Translations under genes and position numbers: made by a program
Assembly (NCBI GenBank): GCA_027623675.1
Contig: JAQBVF010000010.1
Span: forward strand, 35,899-99,898
Source of the DNA: Chloroflexota bacterium
GTDB taxonomy: Bacteria; Chloroflexota; Dehalococcoidia; Lucifugimonadales; UBA3495
DNA length: 64,000 nucleotides
Direction of reading: 5' to 3'
In this document: positions 8,189 through 18,339 of the stretch, one piece after another
Layout: each line of letters opens with the position of its first letter
Numbering within the stretch: position 1 is the stretch's first letter
The notes under the pieces: model-generated
What the model was told of the DNA's origin: nothing
The model's database searches: none
The model's input: the letters and a program-made list of their open reading frames with translations, nothing else

Positions 8189-10471
8189 TTACGGGGCTTC
8201 GGCGGCCCGAAGCGCGTCGGCGTCCACGTTGTACTCGTCGCCTCGGCCTTGGATGGCAGCCAGCACGCGCTCGGCCGACAGGGGCAGGGTCCTGATCCTG
8301 ACGCCCACCGCGTCGTAGATGGCGTTGGCGATGGCTGCCGGCGGTCCGAAACCGGGCGATTCAGCGACCGCTCTCGCGCCGAAGGGGCCGTCGGCGCTGG
8401 GGATCTCCACCAGGATACTCTCGATCTCGGGCATGTCCACCGACAGGGGCATCAGGTAGGTCGCCAGCGACGGGTTCCTCACCCGGCCCGTCTCCCGGTC
8501 GATGAGTATCTCCTCGCTGAGCGCGCGGCCGATGCCCTGCACCGCGCCGCCTTCCAACTGCCCTTCCACGCCCATGGGGTTGATGGCCTTGCCCACGTCC
8601 TGCGCCTGGACGAAGCGGGTCACTCGAACCTGCCCAGTCTCCTTGTCCACGATGACCTCCACCCCCTGGGCATTGAAAACCGGGGCGTAGGGCAGGCTGG
8701 AGAGAGAGGCGTTCCCGATGATTGGCCCGCCCCGGGAGCTCAGACTCATACGGGCCAGTTGACCCAGGTCCAGGGACTGGGGCGGGTTGTCCAGGACGTA
8801 GACCGACCCTCCGGCGCAAGCCAGCGCGTCCGCGGGAACGCCCAGCCGGTCGGCCGCCAGGTCCAGCAGCTTGGCCTTGGTGTCTTCGGCGGCATTCTGC
8901 ACGGCGCGGCCCTGACTGTAGACGATGCGGCTGCCCCCGCTGGGCCCGGTGAAGGGGGCCAGGTCGGTGTTCCTTTTGGCGACTATCACTTGGTCCAGCC
9001 GCAGTCCCAGCGATTCGGCGGCGATCTGGGCCAACGACGTGTCGCTGCCGGAGATGTCCACCGAGCCGGTGAGCAGGCTCACCGTGCCGTCTTCGTTAAC
9101 ACTGATGGAAGCGGTGGAAGGCCCGCTGCCGCTCCGCCATTCGCCCAGGGCGATGCCCACGCCCCGGCCTTCTTTGGCATTCGACGGCAGCTTCTTGGGC
9201 AGGCCCATCCGCTCTTTCAGCGCGTTCATGGTCTCCTTGAGACCGTTTCGGGGGAGGGTCGCGCCGCTGACCGAGGTGTCGCCCTCCTTGAGGGCGTTCA
9301 TCATCCGGAATTCCACGGGGTCCAGCCCCAGTTTGTGGGCGATGACGTCGGTGTGGGACTCGGTGGCGAAGGTCATGTCGGCCACGCCCGAGGCCCGGTA
9401 GGAACCCACATAGATCTTGTTGGTGTAGACGCCGTAGGAGCGCAGCTTGAAATTGGGAATGTCGTAGGCCCCCAGGCCGTGGCCCACTCCCGAATTGGGG
9501 CCGGCGCCCAGATAGGCGCCCACATCGAAGATGCTCCGCGCCTCGCGCGCCAGGATTCGTCCGTCTTTGGTCACCCCGGTCTTGAGGTAGATATTGGTCT
9601 CCAGCCGCGGCCCGTTCAGGGTGAAGGTTTCTTCGCGGGTGTTGACCAGCTTGACCGGCCGGCCCGTCTTGATGGCCAGCAGGGCGGGGAAGGCTTCCAG
9701 GGCCAAACGGAGCTTGGCGCCGAAGCCGCCGCCCATCTCCATGGCGGTGACCTTGATGTTGCTCAGCGGCATGTTCAGCACCGAGGCCAGTTGGGAGCGC
9801 ACCTGGTACGGGCCCTGGGTCGAAGCCAGGATGCTCAGGCGTCCGTTGGCCTCCAGGTCGGCCACGCAGGCCATGGGCTCCAAGAACCCCTGATTGATGG
9901 GTTGGGTGTGGTAGGTCTCCTCGACGATCAGGTCGGAATCCTTGAACCCCTGTTCCACGTCGCCCCGGTCGGCATCCAGCATGGTGCAGTTGTTGCCCCC
10001 CAGAGCGAACCCGTAGCCCTCGAAATCTTCCAGGTCAGGATGGATCAGGGCGGACTCGCCCGAGATCGCCAGAAGGGGGTCGATCACCTTCTCCAGGTCC
10101 TGGTACTCGACCTTGATCAGGTCCAGGGCTTCCAGAGCGGTCACTTCGTCGTCGGCCGCCACGGCCGCCACCGGCTCGCCGATGTAGAAGACCTCGTCCA
10201 CGGCCATGATCCGGCGGTCCTTGAGGGCGCCAGAGCCGAACCTGGCGTCGGGATAATCTTTGCCGGTGACGACGCCCCGCACACCGGGCAATGCCTCGGC
10301 ATCCGAGGTGTCGATGCTGACGATGCGGGCATGGCTGTGGGTGCTGGTCAGCAGTTTGCACATCAGCATGCCGGGCAGGTGAACGTCGGCGGCGTAGGTG
10401 GCCCGGCCGGTTACCTTGTCCAGTGCGTCCACCCGGACCTGGTTGGTGCCCAATACTTGAAAGTCGGCCAT
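8189..10471 (-). CDS. Xanthine dehydrogenase family molybdopterin-binding large subunit
   Basis: RVDALDKVTGRATYAAD, STQGP, MGGGFGAK, AINPMGVEGQLEGG, GPFGARAVAE. Start taken at ATG 10471; GTG 10480 is an alternative. Confidence 0.93.
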   Translation of the reverse strand: MADFQVLGTNQVRVDALDKVTGRATYAADVHLPGMLMCKLLTSTHSHARIVSIDTSDAEALPGVRGVVTGKDYPDARFGSGALKDRRIMAVDEVFYIGEPVAAVAADDEVTALEALDLIKVEYQDLEKVIDPLLAISGESALIHPDLEDFEGYGFALGGNNCTMLDADRGDVEQGFKDSDLIVEETYHTQPINQGFLEPMACVADLEANGRLSILASTQGPYQVRSQLASVLNMPLSNIKVTAMEMGGGFGAKLRLALEAFPALLAIKTGRPVKLVNTREETFTLNGPRLETNIYLKTGVTKDGRILAREARSIFDVGAYLGAGPNSGVGHGLGAYDIPNFKLRSYGVYTNKIYVGSYRASGVADMTFATESHTDVIAHKLGLDPVEFRMMNALKEGDTSVSGATLPRNGLKETMNALKERMGLPKKLPSNAKEGRGVGIALGEWRSGSGPSTASISVNEDGTVSLLTGSVDISGSDTSLAQIAAESLGLRLDQVIVAKRNTDLAPFTGPSGGSRIVYSQGRAVQNAAEDTKAKLLDLAADRLGVPADALACAGGSVYVLDNPPQSLDLGQLARMSLSSRGGPIIGNASLSSLPYAPVFNAQGVEVIVDKETGQVRVTRFVQAQDVGKAINPMGVEGQLEGGAVQGIGRALSEEILIDRETGRVRNPSLATYLMPLSVDMPEIESILVEIPSADGPFGARAVAESPGFGPPAAIANAIYDAVGVRIRTLPLSAERVLAAIQGRGDEYNVDADALRAAEAP

Positions 10472-10476
10472 CACCG

Positions 10477-10992
10477 TCACTCTGCCTTCGGGCTGCCCAG
10501 CCCCGTTTTCGTCTCTCGTCCGGCCGCCTTGGTGGGCTCCACCGCCGCCAATACCGCTTCGATCACCTTGGAGTAGCCGGTGCAGCGGCAAAGGTTGCCC
10601 CCCAGGGCGTGTTTGATGTTCTCCGCGGTCGGTTCTTCATCGCTCTCCAAGAACCCCACGGCGGACATGATGAGACCGGGTGTACAGTAGCCGCACTGCA
10701 GGCCGCCGTGCTCCACGAAGGCCCGTTGGACGGGATGAAGCTCCTGTCCCTTGGCCAGCCCCTCGATGGTCGTGACCTCGCTGTCATGGGCGCTGTGGGC
10801 CAGGACCAGGCACGACGTGACCGGCTTGCCGTTGAGCAAGACGGTGCAGGCGCCGCAGTCCCCTTCGTCGCAACCCTTCTTGGTGCCGGTCATCTGCATC
10901 TCGTCCCGCAGGGCGTCCAAGAGGGAGAAGTATGGCTCGACCAGGGCTTGTTGGAGCTGCCCGTTGACCGTTATCTGTAGTGGTTTTTTCAT
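10477..10992 (-). CDS. 2x[2Fe-2S] small subunit of molybdenum hydroxylase (CoxS-like)
   Basis: GCDEGDCGACTV, QCGYCTPG, GNLCRCTGY. Confidence 0.95.
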   Translation of the reverse strand: MKKPLQITVNGQLQQALVEPYFSLLDALRDEMQMTGTKKGCDEGDCGACTVLLNGKPVTSCLVLAHSAHDSEVTTIEGLAKGQELHPVQRAFVEHGGLQCGYCTPGLIMSAVGFLESDEEPTAENIKHALGGNLCRCTGYSKVIEAVLAAVEPTKAAGRETKTGLGSPKAE

Positions 10993-11032
10993 CGTTGAGT
11001 CCTTGGGCTATCGGTGAGAGTAACTAACGTGC

Positions 11033-11956
11033 CTAGAACGTGGCCTGGACAGTCAGCCGGCGTTGTTCTTCGAACGTCAGCGGGCCGTTGACGGCCGCAC
11101 GCAACGCCTGCTCCAGAGTCCGGCGGGTCAGCACGCCAACCATCTCCTTGCGGTGGGCCGCCGAGCCGCGGATGTCGTCGATGGGTTTCACGCCGGCCTC
11201 GGCGGCGGCAGCGGCGGCCTGGATGATCTGCGGCGTGACCTGTTGGCCCCGCAGGATGTCTTCGGCGGCGTAGGCGCGCACCGGCGTGGGCGCCACGGCG
11301 CCCAGGGCGATCTTCGCATCGGAGCAGGCGCCGGTTTTGTCATCCAGCGTGATCAATGCCGCCGCGCCCACGGTGGCGATGTCCATGGCGCCCCTGGGGC
11401 TGTGCTTGATGTAATGTGAGCCGGTGTTGGCCGGTGTGGGCGGCACGCGCACCTCGGCCAGTATCTCTCCGGTCTGCAATACGGTCCGGCCTGGGCCGGT
11501 GAAGAACTGGTCTAGGGCGACGAGGCGCTCCCCATCGGGGCCGGCGATGCGGCATTCGCCTCCAAAAACCAGCAGCGCGGGGATGATGTCCCCAGAGGGG
11601 GATGCGTTGCAGATGTTGCCGCCGGCGGTGGCCAGGTTGCGGACCTGCACGCCGGCGAACGACGCGGCGGCGGCGGCCAGGGCCGGATAGCGGCGGCGCA
11701 CCACCGTGTCTTGTTCCAACGTTCTAATGGTGACCAAAGCGCCGATGCGCAGGCCGTTCCGGGCGCTGAAGGTGATCCGGCCCAGTCCGGCCACCCGCTG
11801 GATGTTAATCACCTGTTCGGGGTTCCAGAAGCCGGCGCGCCAGCGCACCAAAAAGTCGGTGCTGCCGGCCACGATCCGGGCGTTCTCGCCGTGACGCTGC
11901 AACATGGATATTGCCTGGCGCAGCGTCCGGGGTTCCAGATATTCGAATCTCTTCAT
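11033..11956 (-). CDS. FAD-binding medium subunit of molybdenum hydroxylase (CoxM-like)
   Basis: FEYLEP, AGSTD, QVRNLATAGGNICNASP, PIDDIRGSA. Start at MKRFEY. Confidence 0.93.
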   Translation of the reverse strand: MKRFEYLEPRTLRQAISMLQRHGENARIVAGSTDFLVRWRAGFWNPEQVINIQRVAGLGRITFSARNGLRIGALVTIRTLEQDTVVRRRYPALAAAAASFAGVQVRNLATAGGNICNASPSGDIIPALLVFGGECRIAGPDGERLVALDQFFTGPGRTVLQTGEILAEVRVPPTPANTGSHYIKHSPRGAMDIATVGAAALITLDDKTGACSDAKIALGAVAPTPVRAYAAEDILRGQQVTPQIIQAAAAAAEAGVKPIDDIRGSAAHRKEMVGVLTRRTLEQALRAAVNGPLTFEEQRRLTVQATF

Positions 11957-12279
11957 GTCTTTGATCCCTCGCAGGGTCTCTATGGGCCGCGCCCGTATCC
12001 CCATTTTTCATCATACGTCTGGCGTCTGGCAAACGTCTGCCATTAATCTGGGAGCGGCGGGCGGTTGGTGGGAGTGTAGTCACGAGGGGGTGAGGCTGTC
12101 AACGGCGGTGCGATCGCCGCTTCAACCGCCGCTTCATCAGGGGCGAGAACCCCCCGGCTGCAACCTTAATTATTGAGAAAGCGTGGCTCCGGGCTGCCGG
12201 CGGACTCCGCCATGCCCTCCAACTCCATTTGTTCAACCATATTTTTCGTGCCTGCACTCAGTTTCAGCCTCTATCAGGT

Positions 12280-13929
12280 TCAAACACTCAAGTCCCGACG
12301 CTGGAACCGCCAAACGGCGGCCGCGACTAAGCCGGCCGTGAGCGACGCCAGGACCGCGACATGCCAGCCGTTAAGACCGTGCAACAAGGGTTCGTTGGCC
12401 CCGTAGTAGTAGAGCGGGGTAGCGAATCGAAACGGCTCTAGCCAGCCGATGATGGGATAAAAAGCGTTCAGGAAGTAGGCGGCTAGACCAAGACCGGCGA
12501 CGATCGCCGCGGCCTGCCCCGGACGCCCGGTCGCCGCGCCGGCGAAAAGGGCGGCGGAGCCGAACAACGTACCCAGCACCGCGGCGTTCACGGCCGCCAG
12601 CCCCTCCTTCCCAAGGTCGAGATCGACGCCGACGAACGCCGTGCCAAGCGCGATGCCCAGCCAGGCCAGAGCGCCGATCGTGGCGAAGCCGATCAACATC
12701 GCGGCCCACTTTTCGAGGACCAAGCGGGCCCGGCTCAATGGATTCGCAAGAACGAAGTCGAGCAGGCCCCGCCGCTCCTCACCCGCGATGATGGCGCTGC
12801 CCTGAGTAACACCGTAGATCAACAAGATAATGGGGATGAGGAAACCGAATAGCTCGCCGCTGAGGAATGCCCCCGCCGACTCCAGATCGTACCCGCCGAA
12901 AAGGGCTCGAACTCCTTCCGGCAGGCCTTCCATGACCTCTTTCAGGGATTCCAAGGAAGAGTACGTGGGATAGATCGCGATCATGATGAAACCGAATGCG
13001 CCGATGCCCAGTCCCCATGCCAGCACCCCCAAGCGCTGGGTGGAAAGACTGATTCCAAGCACGCTGCGCAGTGACCAGGAACCTGCCACCCCGGCCGGGA
13101 AGTTCGGGATGCGGCTCAAGAGCGATATGGCGCCGACACCCAGGTCTTTTCGGCGGAAGATTACGGCCGCCGATACCACAAATGCCACTCCGACCGAGGC
13201 GAGAACGCCTACGTGGGCGGCGTCCAGTCCGTTGACGAGGGGTTGGGTCGAGTTGTAATAGTAGATTGGGCTCAGGTACCTTAGTGGCTCCAACCACCAG
13301 ACCATCGTATAGAATGCGTTGATCAGGTAAGCCACCAGACCCAGAGCGGCCATGATGGCGGCAGCCGGGGCCGGGCGTCCGGTTAACGCACTGGCCAACA
13401 AAGCCCCGCTGCCAAATACGAAGCCCAGCAGCGAACCGCTCAGTGTCGCGAGCGCCACGTTCCCCAGATCTATATCGACATCAACTATCAATGTGCCGAT
13501 GGCGACACCGGCCCAGAGAAATAGTCCGATAGCAGCGAATCCCACCAGTAGGGCCGCGGCCTTCTCGACGAGAACGCGTTCCCTGGCGATCGGGTTGGCT
13601 AACATGAAGTCCAGCAGGCCGCGCTCCTCTTCGCCGGCGAGCATCGACGCCCCGCGGGTAGCGCCGTACACGATCATCATGATCGGGACGATCAGGCCGA
13701 ACAGTTCTATGTTCAGCCAACCCTCGGCAGAGCCGAAGTCGATCTGACCGCCGACCAGGGCCACGAATCCCTCCGGCAGCTCGGCAAGAACGTCGGTCAG
13801 CACGGTTGAATCGCCGAACGATGGGTAGATCGCCACCTCCAATGCGCCAAATAACCCAAGACCCAGACCCCAAGCCAGGACCGGCCAGCGCTGGGCGTAA
13901 AGGCTGATCCCGAAAACGCTACGCAGCAT
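12280..13929 (-). CDS. ABC-2 type exporter permease, two fused homologous halves
   Basis: Many TM segments; AGEEERGLLDFMLANPIAR and AGEERRGLLDFVLANPLSR, each half ending in F-x-R-x-D-L. Confidence 0.9.
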   Translation of the reverse strand: MLRSVFGISLYAQRWPVLAWGLGLGLFGALEVAIYPSFGDSTVLTDVLAELPEGFVALVGGQIDFGSAEGWLNIELFGLIVPIMMIVYGATRGASMLAGEEERGLLDFMLANPIARERVLVEKAAALLVGFAAIGLFLWAGVAIGTLIVDVDIDLGNVALATLSGSLLGFVFGSGALLASALTGRPAPAAAIMAALGLVAYLINAFYTMVWWLEPLRYLSPIYYYNSTQPLVNGLDAAHVGVLASVGVAFVVSAAVIFRRKDLGVGAISLLSRIPNFPAGVAGSWSLRSVLGISLSTQRLGVLAWGLGIGAFGFIMIAIYPTYSSLESLKEVMEGLPEGVRALFGGYDLESAGAFLSGELFGFLIPIILLIYGVTQGSAIIAGEERRGLLDFVLANPLSRARLVLEKWAAMLIGFATIGALAWLGIALGTAFVGVDLDLGKEGLAAVNAAVLGTLFGSAALFAGAATGRPGQAAAIVAGLGLAAYFLNAFYPIIGWLEPFRFATPLYYYGANEPLLHGLNGWHVAVLASLTAGLVAAAVWRFQRRDLSV

Positions 13930-14860
13930 GGTCCTCCTCCTTTTCGTAAAATTCTAAAAACACCTCCTCAAGATCGGGCTCATGGGTCAAGACATTCACT
14001 AGGCCATATCCGGATGCTGTGCTCAGGACATCGCCGATGGCTCCCGCCATGGTCAGCTCGACAAACCCGTCATGGCCGGTGGCCCGCAACACTCCTTCCA
14101 CCGCGTCAAAGACCCGTGGCGACACCGGCGACGAGAATTCCAACTCCACTCGGCGCACCGATTTCTTAGTTAGGGCGGCGATCTCTTCAACCGCAGTCAA
14201 ATGACCATCCTTGATTATTCCTACCCGATCACAGATCGCTTCTATCTCCGGGAGGATGTGGGAGGAAACGAACACGGTCCGGCCCTCGCTTTTTACTTCG
14301 GCGATACACCGGTTGAACTCTCTTTGCACCAACGGGTCGAGGCCGCTGGTCGGCTCATCGAGGATGAGGACGTCGGGCCGGTTCATGATCGCCTGAATGA
14401 CCCCGACCTTCTGCCGGTTGCCCTTGGAGAGCGAGCGAATCTTTCGGGAGGGATCCAAGTTGAACCGTTCGATGAGCCCTTGAAGGTAGACACGGTCGAC
14501 TCCGCCCCGCAAAGACGCGATGAAATCGATGACTTGCCCACCGGTGAGATCGTCATAGGTGACAAAGTCCCCTGCCAGGTAGCCGACCCGGCGGTGCAGG
14601 GCTACGCTGTCAGCCTGGGTGTCCAGCCCTAGAATCCTGGCCGAACCCCGTGTCGGTCTCAGGAACCCCAACAACAGCCGGATCGTCGTCGACTTGCCGG
14701 CCCCGTTAGGGCCAAGGAACCCAAACACTTCACCCCGCCGCACCGTCAGATCGAGATCCTCAACACCCACCGCTTTGCCATAGAACTTGGTCAAACCGCG
14801 AATCTCGATGGCGTTGTCCGAGTCCGGTGTCTGGGCTGGGTAACGATCGCTTCTGACCAT
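13919..14860 (-). CDS. ABC exporter ATP-binding protein
   Basis: GPNGAGKST, LSKGNRQK, LILDEPTSGLDP. Overlaps the permease start. Confidence 0.95.
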   Translation of the reverse strand: MVRSDRYPAQTPDSDNAIEIRGLTKFYGKAVGVEDLDLTVRRGEVFGFLGPNGAGKSTTIRLLLGFLRPTRGSARILGLDTQADSVALHRRVGYLAGDFVTYDDLTGGQVIDFIASLRGGVDRVYLQGLIERFNLDPSRKIRSLSKGNRQKVGVIQAIMNRPDVLILDEPTSGLDPLVQREFNRCIAEVKSEGRTVFVSSHILPEIEAICDRVGIIKDGHLTAVEEIAALTKKSVRRVELEFSSPVSPRVFDAVEGVLRATGHDGFVELTMAGAIGDVLSTASGYGLVNVLTHEPDLEEVFLEFYEKEEDHAA

Positions 14861-15038
14861 GGTTAAACCTCCTGATGCTTGTGCCTGCTGGTAGCGGGCC
14901 GCTGCCCCGTGTTAGGGTCCGCGAGCAAGCCCCGGAATCTCTTTGCCGAGCCGGTTTCCCGGCCCCAAGGCGCTTCCGCGAAGCATTCCCAGGGTATTGA
15001 CGATCGCGACACCGGGGGTCTCGCCCGACGATCCGCGA

Positions 15039-17309
15039 TCAGAACTTCCCCTCCCAGAGATGGTTTTCCTGAATCGCAGCTGGATGACACATACGCATCA
15101 GGCGCCGCGCCAGAGGTGAAGCGCCAGGAATCGGCGCACCGTACCCCTCGGGAGCAGGCAGGTCTTCCGGTTCAGCCTCCACATGTAGGCGGGGAAGGAT
15201 CTTGTCCAGCCACGCTGGGAACCACCAGTTGCGGCTGCCCAGCAAGTGCATGATCGAGGGCACCAGCACCATCCGGACCAACGCGGCGTCAATGAAGATG
15301 GCCGTCGCCAGTCCGATACCGAACTCCTTGATGACCCTGGCGTCGACGATGATGAAACTCAAGAACACCGAGGTCATGATGGCGCCGGCCGCCAGGATCA
15401 CCCGCATGGTGATCGCTTGCCCCCGGGCCACCGCCTCGCCATTGTCCCCGGTCCGCTGGTACTCCTCATGCATTCGGGTGACCAAAAACACCTCGTAGTC
15501 CATCGACAGCCCAAAGAGGATGGCGAACATCATCATCGGCAGGAAGGACTCCACCGGCCCGGTGCTGTCCACACCCAAGAGCCCGCCCATCCAGCCCCAT
15601 TGGAACACCGCGACCAGCACGCCGAACGCGGCCCCGACGGATACCAGGATCATGAGCGCGGCCTTCAGAGGCACCAGGATCGAACGGAACACCGCCGCCA
15701 GCAACACGAAGCTCAGACCGATCACCATGGCAAAGAATAGCGGCATGACCGCTGAGATCTTGTCGGCCACGTCGATGAAAACGGCGGTTGAACCACCCAC
15801 CAGAACTTCAGCGTCCTGCCCGGCCACCGCGGCGGGGAGCAGGTGGCGCAGTCCATTGACCAGCGCGTCGGTCGCTTCATCCTGCGGCGAGGTCTTTGGG
15901 ATGACGCTGATGATGGCGGCCGATGAGTCTTGGTTGAACGTTAGGGGAGATACCGCCGCCACCCCTTCCACCTGGCCGATCAGGCCGGGCAAAGTGTTGA
16001 CCGTCTCCAATGCGCTGGGGTCGTCGATGCCGATGGCCACCAGGATCTGACCGTTGAACCCCGGCCCAAAGCCTTCGGACTGAAGGTCGTAGGCCCGGCG
16101 GGTTGTTGACGATTCCGGGCCGCTGCCCGCGTCGGCGGAGCCAAGACGAAGGTCCAGGACGGGTGTCGCCAACACGGCGGCGATCGCCAGTCCGCTGATC
16201 AAGAAAACCAGCGGATACCTCTGAATCTTGCGGCTCCAACGCATCGCCACGCTTTTCTCGGTGATGCCGTTCTTGGTGGATAGGCCCGGAATGGTTAAAC
16301 GGTCTATCTTGCGCCCCACCAGCTTCAGGATGGCCGGTAGAACAAATACCGCCACGACAACCGTGCAGGCCACCAGAATAGCCGCCGCGGTGCCCAGGTA
16401 TGAAACAAAGGGAATGCCGACCGCCCAAAGTCCCAAGAGGGCGATCACCACCACCGACCCGGCGAACAGCACCGACCGGCCCGCTGTTGATGCCGCCTGT
16501 ACGACCGCGTCATCAACGCTGAGTTGCCGCCCCAGCGCCTCCCGGAACCGGTTGACGATCAAAAGAGCGTAGTCGATGCCGACGCCAATGCCGATCATGG
16601 CCCCAAACTGGGTGGTAAAGGAAGGCATGTCCACGAAGGCTGACAAAAGGCTCACGATGATGAAGCCGGGTATCAAGCCCATGAGGGCCGTGATGATGGG
16701 CAGGCCCATGGCCACCACGGAGCCAAATGCGATGAGGAGAATGAATACCGCCGCGACGATGCCCAGCAACTCGGAACTGCCCGGCTCTTCCTGTTCGGCG
16801 ACGCTGGCGACCCCTCCGCCAAGCTCAACCTGAAGGCTTGAGCCGTCGAAACTCTTTCGCAGATCTACCAGTGCGTCAATGCTCGATGTTTCCAGGTCGG
16901 TTGCCTGCACCGCATATTGGGTGGATATACGGGCAATGGTGCCGTCGGCGGAGATCGACCCAGGTTGTTCGAACGGCGAAGATACGCCCACGACCTCAGG
17001 CAAACGGTTCAGGTCGTCCAGCAAAGCCTCGATCTGGGGGCGAATCTCCGGGCTGCGCAGGTCCCCGGGGGCTTTAACCACCACGGTGGCCGTTCCGCCG
17101 GCTTGCTGCGGAAACCGTTCTTGGAGCAGGTCCATGGCCTTTTGGGACTCGGTCCCCGGGATGCTAAAGCTGTCAACGAAGCCGCCGCCGGTGGATGCGA
17201 CGAGCCCGATCAGCACCGCCACGATTGCCAGTGCGCCGGCGATGACGCGCCAAGGGTGGTGCGTGGCGAAACGGGGCCATCGTTCGAAACCCAGAGAAGG
17301 GTTCTTCAT
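15039..17309 (-). CDS. MMPL-family (RND superfamily) transporter
   Basis: GVGIDYALL and FGLSMDYEVFL motifs; two repeats of one TM, a loop and a TM bundle. Confidence 0.93.
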   Translation of the reverse strand: MKNPSLGFERWPRFATHHPWRVIAGALAIVAVLIGLVASTGGGFVDSFSIPGTESQKAMDLLQERFPQQAGGTATVVVKAPGDLRSPEIRPQIEALLDDLNRLPEVVGVSSPFEQPGSISADGTIARISTQYAVQATDLETSSIDALVDLRKSFDGSSLQVELGGGVASVAEQEEPGSSELLGIVAAVFILLIAFGSVVAMGLPIITALMGLIPGFIIVSLLSAFVDMPSFTTQFGAMIGIGVGIDYALLIVNRFREALGRQLSVDDAVVQAASTAGRSVLFAGSVVVIALLGLWAVGIPFVSYLGTAAAILVACTVVVAVFVLPAILKLVGRKIDRLTIPGLSTKNGITEKSVAMRWSRKIQRYPLVFLISGLAIAAVLATPVLDLRLGSADAGSGPESSTTRRAYDLQSEGFGPGFNGQILVAIGIDDPSALETVNTLPGLIGQVEGVAAVSPLTFNQDSSAAIISVIPKTSPQDEATDALVNGLRHLLPAAVAGQDAEVLVGGSTAVFIDVADKISAVMPLFFAMVIGLSFVLLAAVFRSILVPLKAALMILVSVGAAFGVLVAVFQWGWMGGLLGVDSTGPVESFLPMMMFAILFGLSMDYEVFLVTRMHEEYQRTGDNGEAVARGQAITMRVILAAGAIMTSVFLSFIIVDARVIKEFGIGLATAIFIDAALVRMVLVPSIMHLLGSRNWWFPAWLDKILPRLHVEAEPEDLPAPEGYGAPIPGASPLARRLMRMCHPAAIQENHLWEGKF

Positions 17310-17490
17310 TTCCTCAGTTCCTTTCGTTGTTTCTAGTTGTTGTTTCTAGTATTCGCCGCAGATCCAGCTTGGGTCATTAGACGAGGCCGAGTCAGAGGGA
17401 AAAAAATCCCTGAAGGTAACAAGCACTTGGAAAAACGTTCCTGGGTTGGAGGTCAACTACCTAAAGGCAGCGCTAGCTCCCCGGCCAGGA

Positions 17491-17961
17491 TCAACCGGGG
17501 TCCGTAGACACCGTTTCAGCGTCGGCCAATTTCTGGACCGCCGCTAGCAAAATCTCCATCCCCTCCACCACTTTGGCGAGTTCCGCCTCTTCGAGAACTT
17601 CACCGATGGCCTCGGCCTGATGGTGTCTAACCGCCCAAAGGCGGCTCAACTCCTGTTCGCCGGTCTCGGTCAGGTGGACCACCACCGATCTACGGTCGGT
17701 CAAGTCATGGACCCGCTTGATGAGTCCCTTTTCCTCGATCCGGTCTATGATGGCGGTGGTGGATGAGTAGGTAGTGGCGAGAAAGGCAGCGATGTCGCTC
17801 ATGCGCCGAGGGCCGTTTTGCAAAAGCAGTAATGTGCGTAGCTGCGGCATCGTCAGTTCCACCGCCGACCATTCCTCGGCGGAGCCCGAGCGAGCCATCC
17901 TGGTCATCTCGTTGACCAGTTCCACCAACCGAGTAACGAGGTTTCTTTTGGGAAGTTCCAT
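17491..17961 (-). CDS. MarR-family transcriptional regulator
   Basis: LTMPQLRTL, IIDRIEEKGLIKR, DRRSVVVHLTETG. Heads the efflux genes. Confidence 0.93.
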   Translation of the reverse strand: MELPKRNLVTRLVELVNEMTRMARSGSAEEWSAVELTMPQLRTLLLLQNGPRRMSDIAAFLATTYSSTTAIIDRIEEKGLIKRVHDLTDRRSVVVHLTETGEQELSRLWAVRHHQAEAIGEVLEEAELAKVVEGMEILLAAVQKLADAETVSTDPG

Positions 17962-17985
17962 TGTGATTTCGGTGATCTCGCAATA

Positions 17986-18008
17986 ATATTACGTGTAAGA
18001 CGTAATAT
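17986..18008. promoter_or_regulatory. Palindromic operator, probably bound by MarR
   Basis: ATATTACGT-N5-ACGTAATAT, a perfect 9-bp inverted repeat about 25 nt upstream of marR. Minus-strand TTGACA lies at 18030-18035. Confidence 0.75.
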
Positions 18009-18118
18009 CCTGGCATATATGAATATCCTTGTCAACTATGGCGATCCTATGACCAGGCAGCTTTGATCCCCGGAGACGAGAGGCTGGGGATGGACCGCGA
18101 AATATCAGAAGGCAAAAT

Positions 18119-18147
18119 AAAAAACCGGGATGAAAGTCCCGGTTTTT
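18119..18147. terminator. Intrinsic terminator (bidirectional form)
   Basis: AAAAAACCGGGA-TGAAAG-TCCCGGTTTTT, downstream of the dehalogenase gene. Confidence 0.8.
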
Positions 18148-18266
18148 GTGTTCTTCTGGTGGGCCATGCCGTATAGAACCAGCATAACCTTCGGCCTCAG
18201 ACCAAGATAACGATGGGGAGAAGGGGGAAGAGCCGGACGCCACCAGACCTTCCCCACGCTCTCCTT

Positions 18267-18322
18267 CCCAAAATTTCCGGCCCAAAATTTCCGGCCCAAG
18301 GCTTCCGGCCCAAAGTCTCCCG
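18267..18322. repeat. 14-bp tandem repeat, 4 degenerate copies
   Basis: CCCAAAATTTCCGG x2, CCCAAGGCTTCCGG, CCCAAAGTCTCCCG. Confidence 0.8.
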
Positions 18323-18339
18323 TTCGTTGATCAGAAACG

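Noticed and set aside
8078..10576. 832-aa plus-strand ORF and similar long antisense ORFs (e.g. 24769-25806, 30368-31429, 35292-36296)
   Set aside because: Shadow ORFs opposite well-supported genes, expected from high-GC codon bias.
8189..11956. Aerobic CO dehydrogenase
   Set aside because: Lacks the AYxCSFR motif and cox accessory genes.
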